Below the pieces are notes generated by a model. The model was not told where the DNA came from. It made no database searches and worked only from the letters and a program-made list of their open reading frames with translations. From the IMG/VR virus record IMGVR_UViG_3300045131_002298, positions 38,742 through 102,741 of that record: a stretch of 64,000 nt of DNA. One strand, written 5' to 3'. Numbering within the stretch: the stretch's first letter is position 1; every line of letters begins with the position of its first letter. Source of the DNA: a virus. The position numbers and the translations under genes are program-made. Positions 30,041 through 37,659 of the stretch are shown one piece after another.

Positions 30041-30741
30041 TATCTGATCCTTGGAAGAATGTGCGTGAAAAGACTTGTTTCGGAAATGAAGAGCCAAAAG
30101 TCAAGCTCATTGCTATTACTACTCCTTTAGGAAACTATGATCCCGAAGAGGTAGAGGGAAATATAGAATGCATGCCTGCATTAATGGCAACAGCCAGTTA
30201 TAATTCATCCTTAAATTCTATAGATAAAGCAACCGCTTTAAATAAAAAATTGTTGAAGATGAAACATGATACTCCCTTTGAGGTTATACAGTATGTTTTT
30301 CATGTAACCGGGATATCTAAAGCTGCCTCTGCTCAATGGAGTAGGCATCGTATCGGAGCTGGTCATATAAGCTTATCCCGTAGGTATACACAGCAGCAAC
30401 CTAAGTTTGTATATCCTACTTTAAATTATATGAAGAATGAGGATGAAGCGGAGGCTACTTATCAATTGATGTCAGGGGCGTGTGAAAATGCCTATAGAGC
30501 GTATAAGTTTCTTATAGACACAGGAGCAAAAAAGCAAGATGCGCGCTTAATTATGCCTGTCAACGTAGCAACTACTCGTAATGCTTGGGCTAATGCCCGT
30601 GCTCTCAGAGATTTTTTTAGACTACGTTTAGATCCTGCAGCAGAAGAAGAAATTCGTAGGCTAGCTTTTATGCTTTTAGGTATTGTTTATACTGCAACAC
30701 CTTCACTATTTGAGGACATCGTAGAAAAGTTTAAAAAATAA
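30037..30741 (+). CDS. thyX: FAD-dependent thymidylate synthase
   Basis: HDTPFE, QWSRHR...SRRY, QDARLIMP, NARAL..FF.LR....A..EIR. Confidence 0.92.
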   Translation: MISDPWKNVREKTCFGNEEPKVKLIAITTPLGNYDPEEVEGNIECMPALMATASYNSSLNSIDKATALNKKLLKMKHDTPFEVIQYVFHVTGISKAASAQWSRHRIGAGHISLSRRYTQQQPKFVYPTLNYMKNEDEAEATYQLMSGACENAYRAYKFLIDTGAKKQDARLIMPVNVATTRNAWANARALRDFFRLRLDPAAEEEIRRLAFMLLGIVYTATPSLFEDIVEKFKK

Positions 30742-30757
30742 TTGCAATTGATTGCAA
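30742..30757. repeat. 16-bp palindrome copy 4, 7 bp upstream of a -35 box
   Basis: TTGCAATTGATTGCAA. Confidence 0.85.
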
Positions 30758-30764
30758 AAAAAGC

Positions 30765-30793
30765 TTGACAAGCTTTTAAAAATGTGGTATAGT
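30765..30793 (+). promoter_or_regulatory. sigma70-type promoter driving the Y-RNA array and Ro60
   Basis: AAAGC-TTGACA-N17-TATAGT with TG. Confidence 0.8.
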
Positions 30794-30823
30794 ATATTTT
30801 AGAATTTGAGATCTTTGAAAATA

Positions 30824-30893
30824 AAAGCGCGGCGTAGAGCAGAGATACTTCACTTGAAATGAAACCAAAGCTTTGCTCGTTTTTTCCCGCTTT
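30824..30893 (+). ncRNA. Y-RNA-like unit 1 (minimal)
   Basis: AAAGCG/CGCTTT stem, bulged C, GG/CC, CGTA internal loop, GAGCAGAG/CTTTGCTC stem, ATACTTC. Confidence 0.7.
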
Positions 30894-30905
30894 AAACAGA
30901 AAAAC

Positions 30906-31041
30906 AAAAGTGACGGCGTAGATTAGAGTTACTCCATGCAAAGGCTGAGATACAGGTTTCGACTCCTGTTCTTCATGTATTTGAAGATAGTTTAACTGGC
31001 AAAACGCTGTAAATCTCTCTAATCGCTTTTTCCTCACTTTT
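30906..31041 (+). ncRNA. Y-RNA-like unit 2 (YrlA-type permuted tRNA module)
   Basis: Same scaffold, enclosing a T arm (ACAGG..TTCGACT.CCTGT), a closed acceptor-like stem (TCTTCA/TGAAGA) and a D arm (TAGTTTAACTGGCAAAAC). Confidence 0.8.
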
Positions 31042-31054
31042 TAATTTAAAAATT

Positions 31055-31124
31055 TAGCGACGGCATAGAATAGGGTTACTTCATCTAAGTTTTGGGCGAC
31101 TCCCTGCTCGTTTTTTCCTCGCTA
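31055..31124 (+). ncRNA. Y-RNA-like unit 3 (minimal)
   Basis: TAGCGA-C-GG-CATA-GAATAGGG-TTACTTC...CCCTGCTC-GTTTTTT-CC-TCGCTA. Confidence 0.7.
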
Positions 31125-31137
31125 TTTATTGCTTTAT

Positions 31138-31261
31138 TTGGCACGGCGTAGAGAAGAGATACTTCCAAAGCATGTCCACCAGAGGTTTTCTCACAGAAAT
31201 GTGTTTTTCCTCATAAAAATAAAAATGGGCAAAAAAGCCTCTTTTCGTTTTTTCCTGCCAA
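31138..31261 (+). ncRNA. Y-RNA-like unit 4
   Basis: TTGGCA-C-GG-CGTA-GAGAAGAG-ATACTTC...CTCTTTTC-GTTTTTT-CC-TGCCAA. Confidence 0.7.
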
Positions 31262-31272
31262 GACTTTTTAAG

Positions 31273-31400
31273 AAAGCGCTACGGCGTATAGAAGAGTTAC
31301 TTCTTATTAAAAATAAGTAACCGTTCAAATCGGTCCCAGCCTAAGCTGAGGGCGTCAACTGGCGAGACGCATTTCTCTTCTAGCTTTTTCCTAGCGCTTT
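31273..31400 (+). ncRNA. Y-RNA-like unit 5 (YrlA-type permuted tRNA module)
   Basis: Scaffold plus ACCG-TTCAAAT-CGGT T arm, CAGC/GCTG hairpin and GCGTC-AACTGGCGA-GACGC D arm. Confidence 0.78.
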
Positions 31401-31414
31401 ATGTTGGCTTTTGT

Positions 31415-31530
31415 GGTGCGGCGGCGCATATAACGGTTCCTTCGTGAAATGGTAACACACTAGGACTGAAAATATCCTAGGTTATAGGTTCAAATCCTAT
31501 AGGCCCCCGTTATAGCCTTTTCCCCGCGCT
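31415..31530 (+). ncRNA. Y-RNA-like unit 6 (D-anticodon-T module, GAA-like loop)
   Basis: Scaffold plus GTG-AAATGGTAA-CAC, CTAGGA-CTGAAAATA-TCCTAG and ATAGG-TTCAAAT-CCTAT. Confidence 0.75.
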
Positions 31531-31557
31531 TTTTCAATAAATTTCAAGGAGTTAGAA

Positions 31558-33090
31558 ATGTCTAGGTTTAATCAAATTGCTGAAAATCAGAGAAGAACAG
31601 TAAACGAAGAAGGGGCAGTGGCATATATAGGCCTGGATCCGGAGCAACAGCTCTACTCGGTTACAGCTTGTAACCTACTGCAAGACACTTTCTATAAGAA
31701 AACCGATCAGACTATTGCTACTATTTTAGATTTAATTCCTAAATGTGATCCACAGTTCGTGGCTAATTTAGCGGTTTACCTACGCAAAGATATGTATCTT
31801 AGGTCGGTACCTTTAGTGTTGCTAGTTGGACTGGCTCTTAACGATAAACTTACTGCTTCTATGGTATCTCGGGTTGTATCTAGGGCAGATGAAATAAAAG
31901 AGCTATTAGCTGCTTGGCAGGGGATAAAAGGTAAAGGCGGACACGATATTAGAAAAATTCCTAATGCCTTAAAGAAAGGTATAGCGGAATCTTTTAGTAA
32001 ATTTAATAGCTATCAGTTTAGAAAATACGATAAGCAGAGTAAAGAAAAGATTACATTTAAAGATGTCCTATGCTTATGTCACCCTAAGCCCAGAACAGGA
32101 GAAGAAAGCTCTATATACAAACAAATATTAGAGGATGCTCTAGATCCTATCACCACATGGGAAGTGGATATATCAGCCGCTGGTTCTGATCCAGTAGCTA
32201 AGAAAGCTGCATGGGAAAATCTACTAGATACCAATAGCATTCCTTATATGGCAGCTCTTCGTAATATTAAAAACATGTTGAAGGCTGGTATTAGTGAAGA
32301 GCATATTCAAAAATTGATAGCACTTTTAGGGAATGAACAACAGATTCTTAAATCTAAACAATTTCCCTTTAGGTGGTATTCTGCCTTTGCTAGATTAATG
32401 GAAGAGCGCGATCCTGAGATTCAAATGAACATGAATAGATTTCAGGAAGTGTTTGAGAAAGCTCTTATAATTTCTATTGATAATATTCCAGGTATAGGGG
32501 ATCTTAAAAAAGAAGCAACGCTGATAGCGTGTGATGTAAGTGGCTCCATGAATGACCCACTTTCAAAAAATTCTTCTATAAGACTTATAGATGTAGGCAT
32601 TCTTCTAGGAAGAATGCTGGCTAAGAAGTGTGGAAAAGTTATAACCGGGGTCTTCGGAACGGATTGGTCCCCTTGTAGCTTTGGGAATCAAATAATAGGT
32701 GGGGTACAATTACCTTCAGTAGGACTCTCGACATATGGTTATAAAATTTTCGATTGGTTGGTACAGGGTAATCTACACGTAGATAATATTATGCTCTTCT
32801 CTGATAGTCAGGTGTATGGGGATCTGGGTATAGGGAGACATAGCCATATTTTTGGAGTGAGAGAACCTTCTAGTAATAGATCTCAATTTGAAAAATCATG
32901 GAATAGGTATTTAAAGATTAATCCTCACGCTAAAGTTTATATGTTTGACTTGTCTTCTTACGGGACCTATCCTGTAGACTTGTTTTCTAAAAATGTATAC
33001 ATGGTTACCGGCTGGTCTCCTAATATTTTTCAAACTTTAGGTGGTTTGGACTCTTGGAAAAGTTTAAAACAACATATCTTAAGTATGTAG
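31558..33090 (+). CDS. rsr: Ro60/Rsr TROVE-domain RNA-binding protein with vWA domain
   Basis: VNEEGA.AY, LA.YLR..MYLRS.P, RADE, L.HPKP, TWE, YMAALRNI, PFR, DVSGSM (MIDAS), SDSQ, GWS. Confidence 0.93.
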   Translation: MSRFNQIAENQRRTVNEEGAVAYIGLDPEQQLYSVTACNLLQDTFYKKTDQTIATILDLIPKCDPQFVANLAVYLRKDMYLRSVPLVLLVGLALNDKLTASMVSRVVSRADEIKELLAAWQGIKGKGGHDIRKIPNALKKGIAESFSKFNSYQFRKYDKQSKEKITFKDVLCLCHPKPRTGEESSIYKQILEDALDPITTWEVDISAAGSDPVAKKAAWENLLDTNSIPYMAALRNIKNMLKAGISEEHIQKLIALLGNEQQILKSKQFPFRWYSAFARLMEERDPEIQMNMNRFQEVFEKALIISIDNIPGIGDLKKEATLIACDVSGSMNDPLSKNSSIRLIDVGILLGRMLAKKCGKVITGVFGTDWSPCSFGNQIIGGVQLPSVGLSTYGYKIFDWLVQGNLHVDNIMLFSDSQVYGDLGIGRHSHIFGVREPSSNRSQFEKSWNRYLKINPHAKVYMFDLSSYGTYPVDLFSKNVYMVTGWSPNIFQTLGGLDSWKSLKQHILSM

Positions 33091-33105
33091 TACTGGTGTA
33101 TACAG

Positions 33106-33792
33106 ATGTATAAAGTACCCGATAGAATAGGCTTACGCTTTGGAAGACTATTAATAACAGAGAGGGGACCTTCACGCTCTGGTACTACTGATTCTTTTTG
33201 GTGGTGTCTTTGTGACTGTGGTAATATCGTTTTAGTTAGGTGGAGGTCCTTAAAAGGAGGAGCTACACAATCCTGTGGCTGTTATCAGAAAGAATGCGCT
33301 ATAAGGTCCCAGAGAGCCACCTTCTTAAAACATGATTTATCTAAAGATGCTTTATATGGCGTTATGCAGGGAATGAAAAATAGATGTTATAAAACAGATG
33401 ATCCTCATTATTCCAGATGGGGAGGAAGAGGAATTTATATCTGTGATGAGTGGAAAGAGAATTTTTTAGCTTTTTATGAGTGGGCTCAGCAGAGTGGATA
33501 CAAAAAGGGACTTTCCTTAGATCGTATAGATAATGACGGTCCTTACTCACCTAATAATTGTAGGTGGGCCACCAGAGAAGAGCAAATGAATAATACTAGA
33601 CATAATAAGTATATAACTTTTGAAGGTAAGACTCTAAGTGTAACTCAGTGGAGTAAACATTTAAATGTAAAAGCTAAAATATTGAGACAAAGGCTCCAGC
33701 GTGGATGGTCAGATGAAGAAGTAATAACAACTCCCCTAGGAATAAAAAGAATTTCCTGGAAAAGGTTAAAACAACAACCTGAGGGAATGTAA
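33106..33792 (+). CDS. HNH homing endonuclease
   Basis: FGRL...WWCLCDCG, SCGC, WGGRGI.IC.EW, SLDRIDNDGPYSPNNCRWAT. Confidence 0.9.
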   Translation: MYKVPDRIGLRFGRLLITERGPSRSGTTDSFWWCLCDCGNIVLVRWRSLKGGATQSCGCYQKECAIRSQRATFLKHDLSKDALYGVMQGMKNRCYKTDDPHYSRWGGRGIYICDEWKENFLAFYEWAQQSGYKKGLSLDRIDNDGPYSPNNCRWATREEQMNNTRHNKYITFEGKTLSVTQWSKHLNVKAKILRQRLQRGWSDEEVITTPLGIKRISWKRLKQQPEGM

Positions 33793-33793
33793 A

Positions 33794-34090
33794 ATGGATT
33801 TTGTAGAATGTAATTCTTGGTATAGTCCTGTAACTCAGAAGCATGAAATAAGCTTACGATTTGCTACCTGTGTAGAAGAGTTAGAGGGCATATATGAAAA
33901 ATTACCACATGATAGCTTAAGTTCTCTTGAGTTCAAAAATATAGTAGGCTTAGCTTTAAGTAAAGAACCTATAGAAAAAATACAAACTAAATATGAATTA
34001 GAGCAAAGCGTAGCTAAAGGCTACGCTGTTCCTTCTTTTTTAACTGAAGAAGGAACTAGAAAAATTGTTATTGAAAAGGAAACTGACTGA
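33794..34090 (+). CDS. hypothetical protein ending RKIVIEKETD
   Basis: Coupled ORF; carries a variant of the shared C-terminal motif. Confidence 0.55.
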   Translation: MDFVECNSWYSPVTQKHEISLRFATCVEELEGIYEKLPHDSLSSLEFKNIVGLALSKEPIEKIQTKYELEQSVAKGYAVPSFLTEEGTRKIVIEKETD

Positions 34091-34302
34091 TGAATTTAAC
34101 TCCGGATCCTGTAAAAGGAGAAAATGTAGATGATTTTGTAGCGCGCTGTATCCCTCTACTACGAGAGAACGGTAAAACTGAGAAAGAGGCGCGTATTATA
34201 TCTAATGCTATTTTTAATAGATCACAAAGAAATCCAGACCTGGGGGCATCGCTCGATAATGAATCGACCTGGGGCTTCCCTACACTAGGGGAGACTCCTT
34301 AA
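34090..34302 (+). CDS. small protein, P.P..GE...F..RC family
   Basis: Paralogous to 34303..34494 and the N-terminus of 39374..39778. Confidence 0.65.
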   Translation: MNLTPDPVKGENVDDFVARCIPLLRENGKTEKEARIISNAIFNRSQRNPDLGASLDNESTWGFPTLGETP

Positions 34303-34494
34303 ATGCCTATACCTTACCCCAAGCCAGGAGAAGCGGAAAAAGATTTTATGGATAGATGTATTCCCGCACTAATAAAAGAAGGATCCTTTCCTGCTCAAGC
34401 AGCGGGAATATGTAGTGGGATGTTCAATAAGAAATCCAAAGGCAGAAAATTTGATGCTATGTCCAGTTTAGATAACATCGAATTTGATGAATAA
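34303..34494 (+). CDS. small protein, P.P..GE...F..RC family
   Basis: PKPGEAEKDFMDRC...EG...QAAGIC. Confidence 0.65.
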   Translation: MPIPYPKPGEAEKDFMDRCIPALIKEGSFPAQAAGICSGMFNKKSKGRKFDAMSSLDNIEFDE

Positions 34495-34502
34495 TTTTTT
34501 AT

Positions 34503-34622
34503 GGAAAGAGTAGCCGAATGATATAGGCGCGCAAAGAAGCGTGTGCAAGGTGGGGCACGGTAACCTAGGCAACAATCGTGTTCATGCTGAGCCAACTGCG
34601 GGTTTGACTCCTGCCTCTTTCC
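34503..34622 (+). ncRNA. tRNA-like RNA with expanded interior
   Basis: GGAAAGAG/CTCTTTCC acceptor, TA-GCC...GGC D arm and GCGGG-TTTGACT-CCTGC T arm; about 70 nt replace the anticodon/variable arms. Confidence 0.55.
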
Positions 34623-34629
34623 TACCTAC

Positions 34630-34707
34630 GGTGGCGTAGCATAAATTGGATAATGCCCTGGCTTGTCAAGCCAGCTTATGAGAGATCATACCTCTTCGCC
34701 ATCGCCA
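34630..34707 (+). tRNA. tRNA-Asp(GTC)
   Basis: GGTGGCG/CGCCATC acceptor, CTGGC-TTGTCAA-GCCAG anticodon arm, G discriminator plus CCA; atypical T loop ATCATAC. Confidence 0.85.
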
Positions 34708-34717
34708 ATAAAAAATA

Positions 34718-35035
34718 ATGACAATAGAAATAGTCAACAATTATACTTTTCCAAAGAAGAAAAAACAAGAAGCGATAGAGGAAGTTGTTATGTCTGAACC
34801 AGAAATGGAAATTATAAACCCTGCTCCCGTAATGGTAAATAATGGGCAGTTTCCTGCACTTGCGACTAATTTGCATGAAGAACTTAATAGTTATTTAGGA
34901 AGATCTAAAGAAGCGGTGGCTCAAATTTTAGTTACTACTAGAGAGAAGGCTGAGTTTCTTGAGTCCTTAGCGGAAAAAGCGCGCAAGGACCTTGATAAAG
35001 AAAAACACGATATTACTCGCCTTATGGGTGGGTGA
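34718..35035 (+). CDS. hypothetical protein
   Basis: ORF between tRNA genes. Confidence 0.5.
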   Translation: MTIEIVNNYTFPKKKKQEAIEEVVMSEPEMEIINPAPVMVNNGQFPALATNLHEELNSYLGRSKEAVAQILVTTREKAEFLESLAEKARKDLDKEKHDITRLMGG

Positions 35036-35043
35036 TGTAAAGA

Positions 35044-35141
35044 GTCTGCCGCGGTGACATAAGAACACCATGCGTGTCTATGAAAGGAGAACCGTAAGCC
35101 GCTCCTGGAGAGCGCCGGAGAACTGGAGGCCGAAGGTAGAC
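35044..35141 (+). ncRNA. possible structured RNA, family unrecognised
   Basis: GC-rich island closed by GTCTGCC/GGTAGAC, with internal GACAT/GTGTC, GCGG/CCGC and CTCC/GGAG pairings. Confidence 0.35.
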
Positions 35142-35154
35142 AATCTTTAACTTG

Positions 35155-35234
35155 GGCGGGGTGACCGAGAGATTAGGTGGGTAGTTTTGCAAAACTACCC
35201 TTATACGCAGGTTTAATTCCTGCCCCTGCCTCCA
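35155..35234 (+). tRNA. tRNA-Cys(GCA)-like, enlarged anticodon arm
   Basis: GGCGGGG/CCCTGCC acceptor, T discriminator plus CCA; the anticodon arm is the perfect palindrome GGGTAGTTTTGCAAAACTACCC. Confidence 0.7.
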
Positions 35235-35238
35235 TTTT

Positions 35239-35324
35239 GCTGCGGTAGCCTAGTAGCGAAGGCATCTGACTGTAGATCAGACACATAAGAACCACCGGAG
35301 GCGCACATCCTTCCCGCAGCACCA
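35239..35324 (+). tRNA. tRNA-Tyr(GTA)
   Basis: GCTGCGG/CCGCAGC acceptor, TCTGA-CTGTAGA-TCAGA anticodon arm, long variable arm, A plus CCA; atypical T loop CGCACAT. Confidence 0.85.
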
Positions 35325-35339
35325 ACTTAGGAGTTTATT

Positions 35340-35612
35340 ATGAAAAAATATATTTTACTTTGCTTATGTTTATTCCTATTAGTGGGATGTGGAGATAAGG
35401 CCAGTAGAGATGCTGCTAGAGAAGCTAAAGAGTCTGGTAAGCTTCAGGCTTTTGAGGTAGATGATCTTCATTATGTTGTGGGCTATGGTGAATGGGATGG
35501 AAATACTTTTCGTATACGTGATATAGATGGACGCATTTGGGATGTTCCTTCTACAGTAAGAATTACAAAAGAAGAAGTTACCGAAGAATCGTTTAAAAAG
35601 CGCACAAAATAA
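35340..35612 (+). CDS. putative lipoprotein
   Basis: MKKYILLCLCLFLLVGC lipobox signal. Confidence 0.7.
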   Translation: MKKYILLCLCLFLLVGCGDKASRDAAREAKESGKLQAFEVDDLHYVVGYGEWDGNTFRIRDIDGRIWDVPSTVRITKEEVTEESFKKRTK

Positions 35613-35628
35613 CTGATTGATCTTGTAT

Positions 35629-35644
35629 TTGCAATTGATTGCAA
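35629..35644. repeat. 16-bp palindrome copy 5 (intergenic)
   Basis: TTGCAATTGATTGCAA. Confidence 0.85.
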
Positions 35645-35669
35645 ATTTTAACCATGCCAACATTGGGTT

Positions 35670-35706
35670 TGCGGAGAATAATTGACCGATTCTCCGCATT
35701 TTTTTT
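35670..35706 (+). terminator. Rho-independent terminator
   Basis: TGCGGAGAAT...ATTCTCCGCA followed by T8. Confidence 0.8.
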
Positions 35707-35726
35707 CGCTCTCCTCAAAAAAAAAC

Positions 35727-35755
35727 TTGACAAGCATTAAAATCTATGATATACA
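35727..35755 (+). promoter_or_regulatory. sigma70-type promoter
   Basis: TTGACA-N17-TATACA with TG. Confidence 0.7.
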
Positions 35756-35785
35756 TAGAAAAGAATAAAAAAAATAGGAGCAAAA

Positions 35786-36151
35786 ATGGCACCAAAAATT
35801 GTACGCGACGAATATGGAAGACACTTTTATTTGCATAATGCAGATGAAGCATGGAAAGTTTCAGATTATACCGTTGGGGTAGATTGGGGAACTTGGGAAC
35901 CAGTAGCTTTCGCAGGAATAGATTTTACCACAGCTACTGGTGTAAATGAGCCTGTAGAAGAAACTAAGAATACAGAAATTACTGTAACTGAAGCTGTAAT
36001 ACAAGAAACTTACAATCTTGTAGGAAACTTAAATGATCTAATGTTAGAGGAGCATAGTAATTGGGAGCGTGCTAAAGTCTTTGAATTTATATCTGATGTG
36101 TCAGTTGCAGCACAGTTATTTCTTGAAAGCATTAAAGGAATAGAAAAATAA
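35786..36151 (+). CDS. hypothetical protein
   Basis: AGGAG RBS after a promoter. Confidence 0.6.
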   Translation: MAPKIVRDEYGRHFYLHNADEAWKVSDYTVGVDWGTWEPVAFAGIDFTTATGVNEPVEETKNTEITVTEAVIQETYNLVGNLNDLMLEEHSNWERAKVFEFISDVSVAAQLFLESIKGIEK

Positions 36152-36155
36152 TAAG

Positions 36156-37331
36156 ATGAAAAAAGTAATTTCGTCTGAACGTATCCCGATTAAGATGTGG
36201 CTAGATGACATCAAGGATGGAGCATTGCAGCAAGCTAAGAACCTAGCTAATGCTCCTTTTACCTATAGACATATTGTGGTCTGTCCCGACGCGCACCAGG
36301 GCGAAGGGCCGTTTATCGGAGCTGTGTTTGCTACAAAGGATGTTGTCGTAATTAATGGGGCTGGGGTTGATATTGGTTGTGGCGTCGCTTTTGTAGAAAC
36401 TTCCTTAAAAAGAGAAGATTTAGATATCTCTATTCTAAAAAATATTATGGGGGCAATAAGAAAAAATATTCCAGTAGGCTTTGATAAGCATACCCAGATT
36501 ATAGAAGGTTTAGAGATGCCTACTACAGATATTAATAAAGATACACATCCTGTAATATCTAAAGAGTTTAAAAAAGCACAACTCTCCTTGATGACTTTGG
36601 GCGGAGGCAACCACTTCGAAGAAATACAAGTTAATTCAGCAGGTTACGTGTGTTTCATGATACATTCTGGGTCTAGAAATTTAGGAAAACAGGTAGCGGA
36701 TCACTACAATAAAATAGCTAAAAAATTAAACGAAGACTGCTATTCTTCTGTTCCCTCTTCTCATAAACTACATTTTATTCCTATTAAGTATGATGAGGCT
36801 AAATTATATCTTAACGAAATGAATTATTGTTTAGAGTATGCGCATCTAAATAGAGAATACATGATTAATAATATTAAGAACGTATTCTTATCTTTTTTTC
36901 CGGATCTTACTTTTACACCTACTCTAAATGTACACCATAATTATATTAGATGGGAGCATTTTTCTGGGGAAGATTTTCTTATACATAGAAAGGGCGCAAC
37001 TTCCGCTAGATTAGAAGAGTTGGGTATCGTGCCGGGGTCGCAGGGAACCGCATCATTTTTGACTAAGGGAAAGGGTAATGCAGACTCTTTTAATTCTTGC
37101 TCACATGGAAGCGGAAGGACTATGAGCAGAACTAGAGCTAAGGCTGAGCTTGATCTTGAAAAAGAAAAAAAGATATTAGACGATCAAGGGATCATACATA
37201 GCATTAGAAATGTTTCAGACTTAGATGAAGCTCCTAGCTCTTATAAGGATGTAGAAGTAGTTATGGAGAATCAGAAAGACCTAGTGGATATAGTAGATAG
37301 ACTGACACCTTTAGGTGTAGTGAAAGGATAG
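36156..37331 (+). CDS. rtcB: RtcB RNA ligase (3'-P/2',3'-cyclic-P to 5'-OH)
   Basis: PDAH.G.G..IG, GVDIGCG, GGGNHF, HSGSR, HHNY, HRKGA, PGSQG, SHGSGR, DEAP..YK. Confidence 0.95.
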   Translation: MKKVISSERIPIKMWLDDIKDGALQQAKNLANAPFTYRHIVVCPDAHQGEGPFIGAVFATKDVVVINGAGVDIGCGVAFVETSLKREDLDISILKNIMGAIRKNIPVGFDKHTQIIEGLEMPTTDINKDTHPVISKEFKKAQLSLMTLGGGNHFEEIQVNSAGYVCFMIHSGSRNLGKQVADHYNKIAKKLNEDCYSSVPSSHKLHFIPIKYDEAKLYLNEMNYCLEYAHLNREYMINNIKNVFLSFFPDLTFTPTLNVHHNYIRWEHFSGEDFLIHRKGATSARLEELGIVPGSQGTASFLTKGKGNADSFNSCSHGSGRTMSRTRAKAELDLEKEKKILDDQGIIHSIRNVSDLDEAPSSYKDVEVVMENQKDLVDIVDRLTPLGVVKG

Positions 37332-37338
37332 CTAATAA

Positions 37339-37659
37339 ATGTGTATGACACGGTTAGACGTAATGGAGAGAGTCCTTAGGGATAGTCGTAGTTGTGATGA
37401 ATTACCTCCCGTAACTAAATTTCCGCCTATGCCTAAATGTAACCCTCCTAAGGAAGAGGCTGATCCAGTAAATAAACCAGAACACTATCAGTATTCTTCT
37501 ATACAGCCCATTGATGTGATAGACGCATGGGAGCTTGATTTTTATCTTGGGTCAGTGATAAAATATCTGTCGAGATATCAGAGAAAGGGTAAGCCACTAG
37601 AAGATCTTAAAAAGGCCGCTTGGTTTTTGAACAAAAAGATTGAGAAAATGGAGAAATAA
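37339..37659 (+). CDS. DUF3310-family protein
   Basis: DPVNKPEHY...IQPIDVI...FYLGSVIKY..R...KG...EDLKKA.W.L. Confidence 0.85.
   Translation: MCMTRLDVMERVLRDSRSCDELPPVTKFPPMPKCNPPKEEADPVNKPEHYQYSSIQPIDVIDAWELDFYLGSVIKYLSRYQRKGKPLEDLKKAAWFLNKKIEKMEK

Noticed and set aside
30687-31320. ORFs 30687..31037 (-) and 31129..31320 (+)
   Set aside because: They overlap the promoter and Y-RNA units; low-complexity translations without RBS.
30824-31530. CRISPR array interpretation of the repeated units
   Set aside because: The repeats are not identical. Each unit's two conserved halves pair with one another around the variable part, and no cas operon is present. The Cas4-like gene sits in the recombination module.
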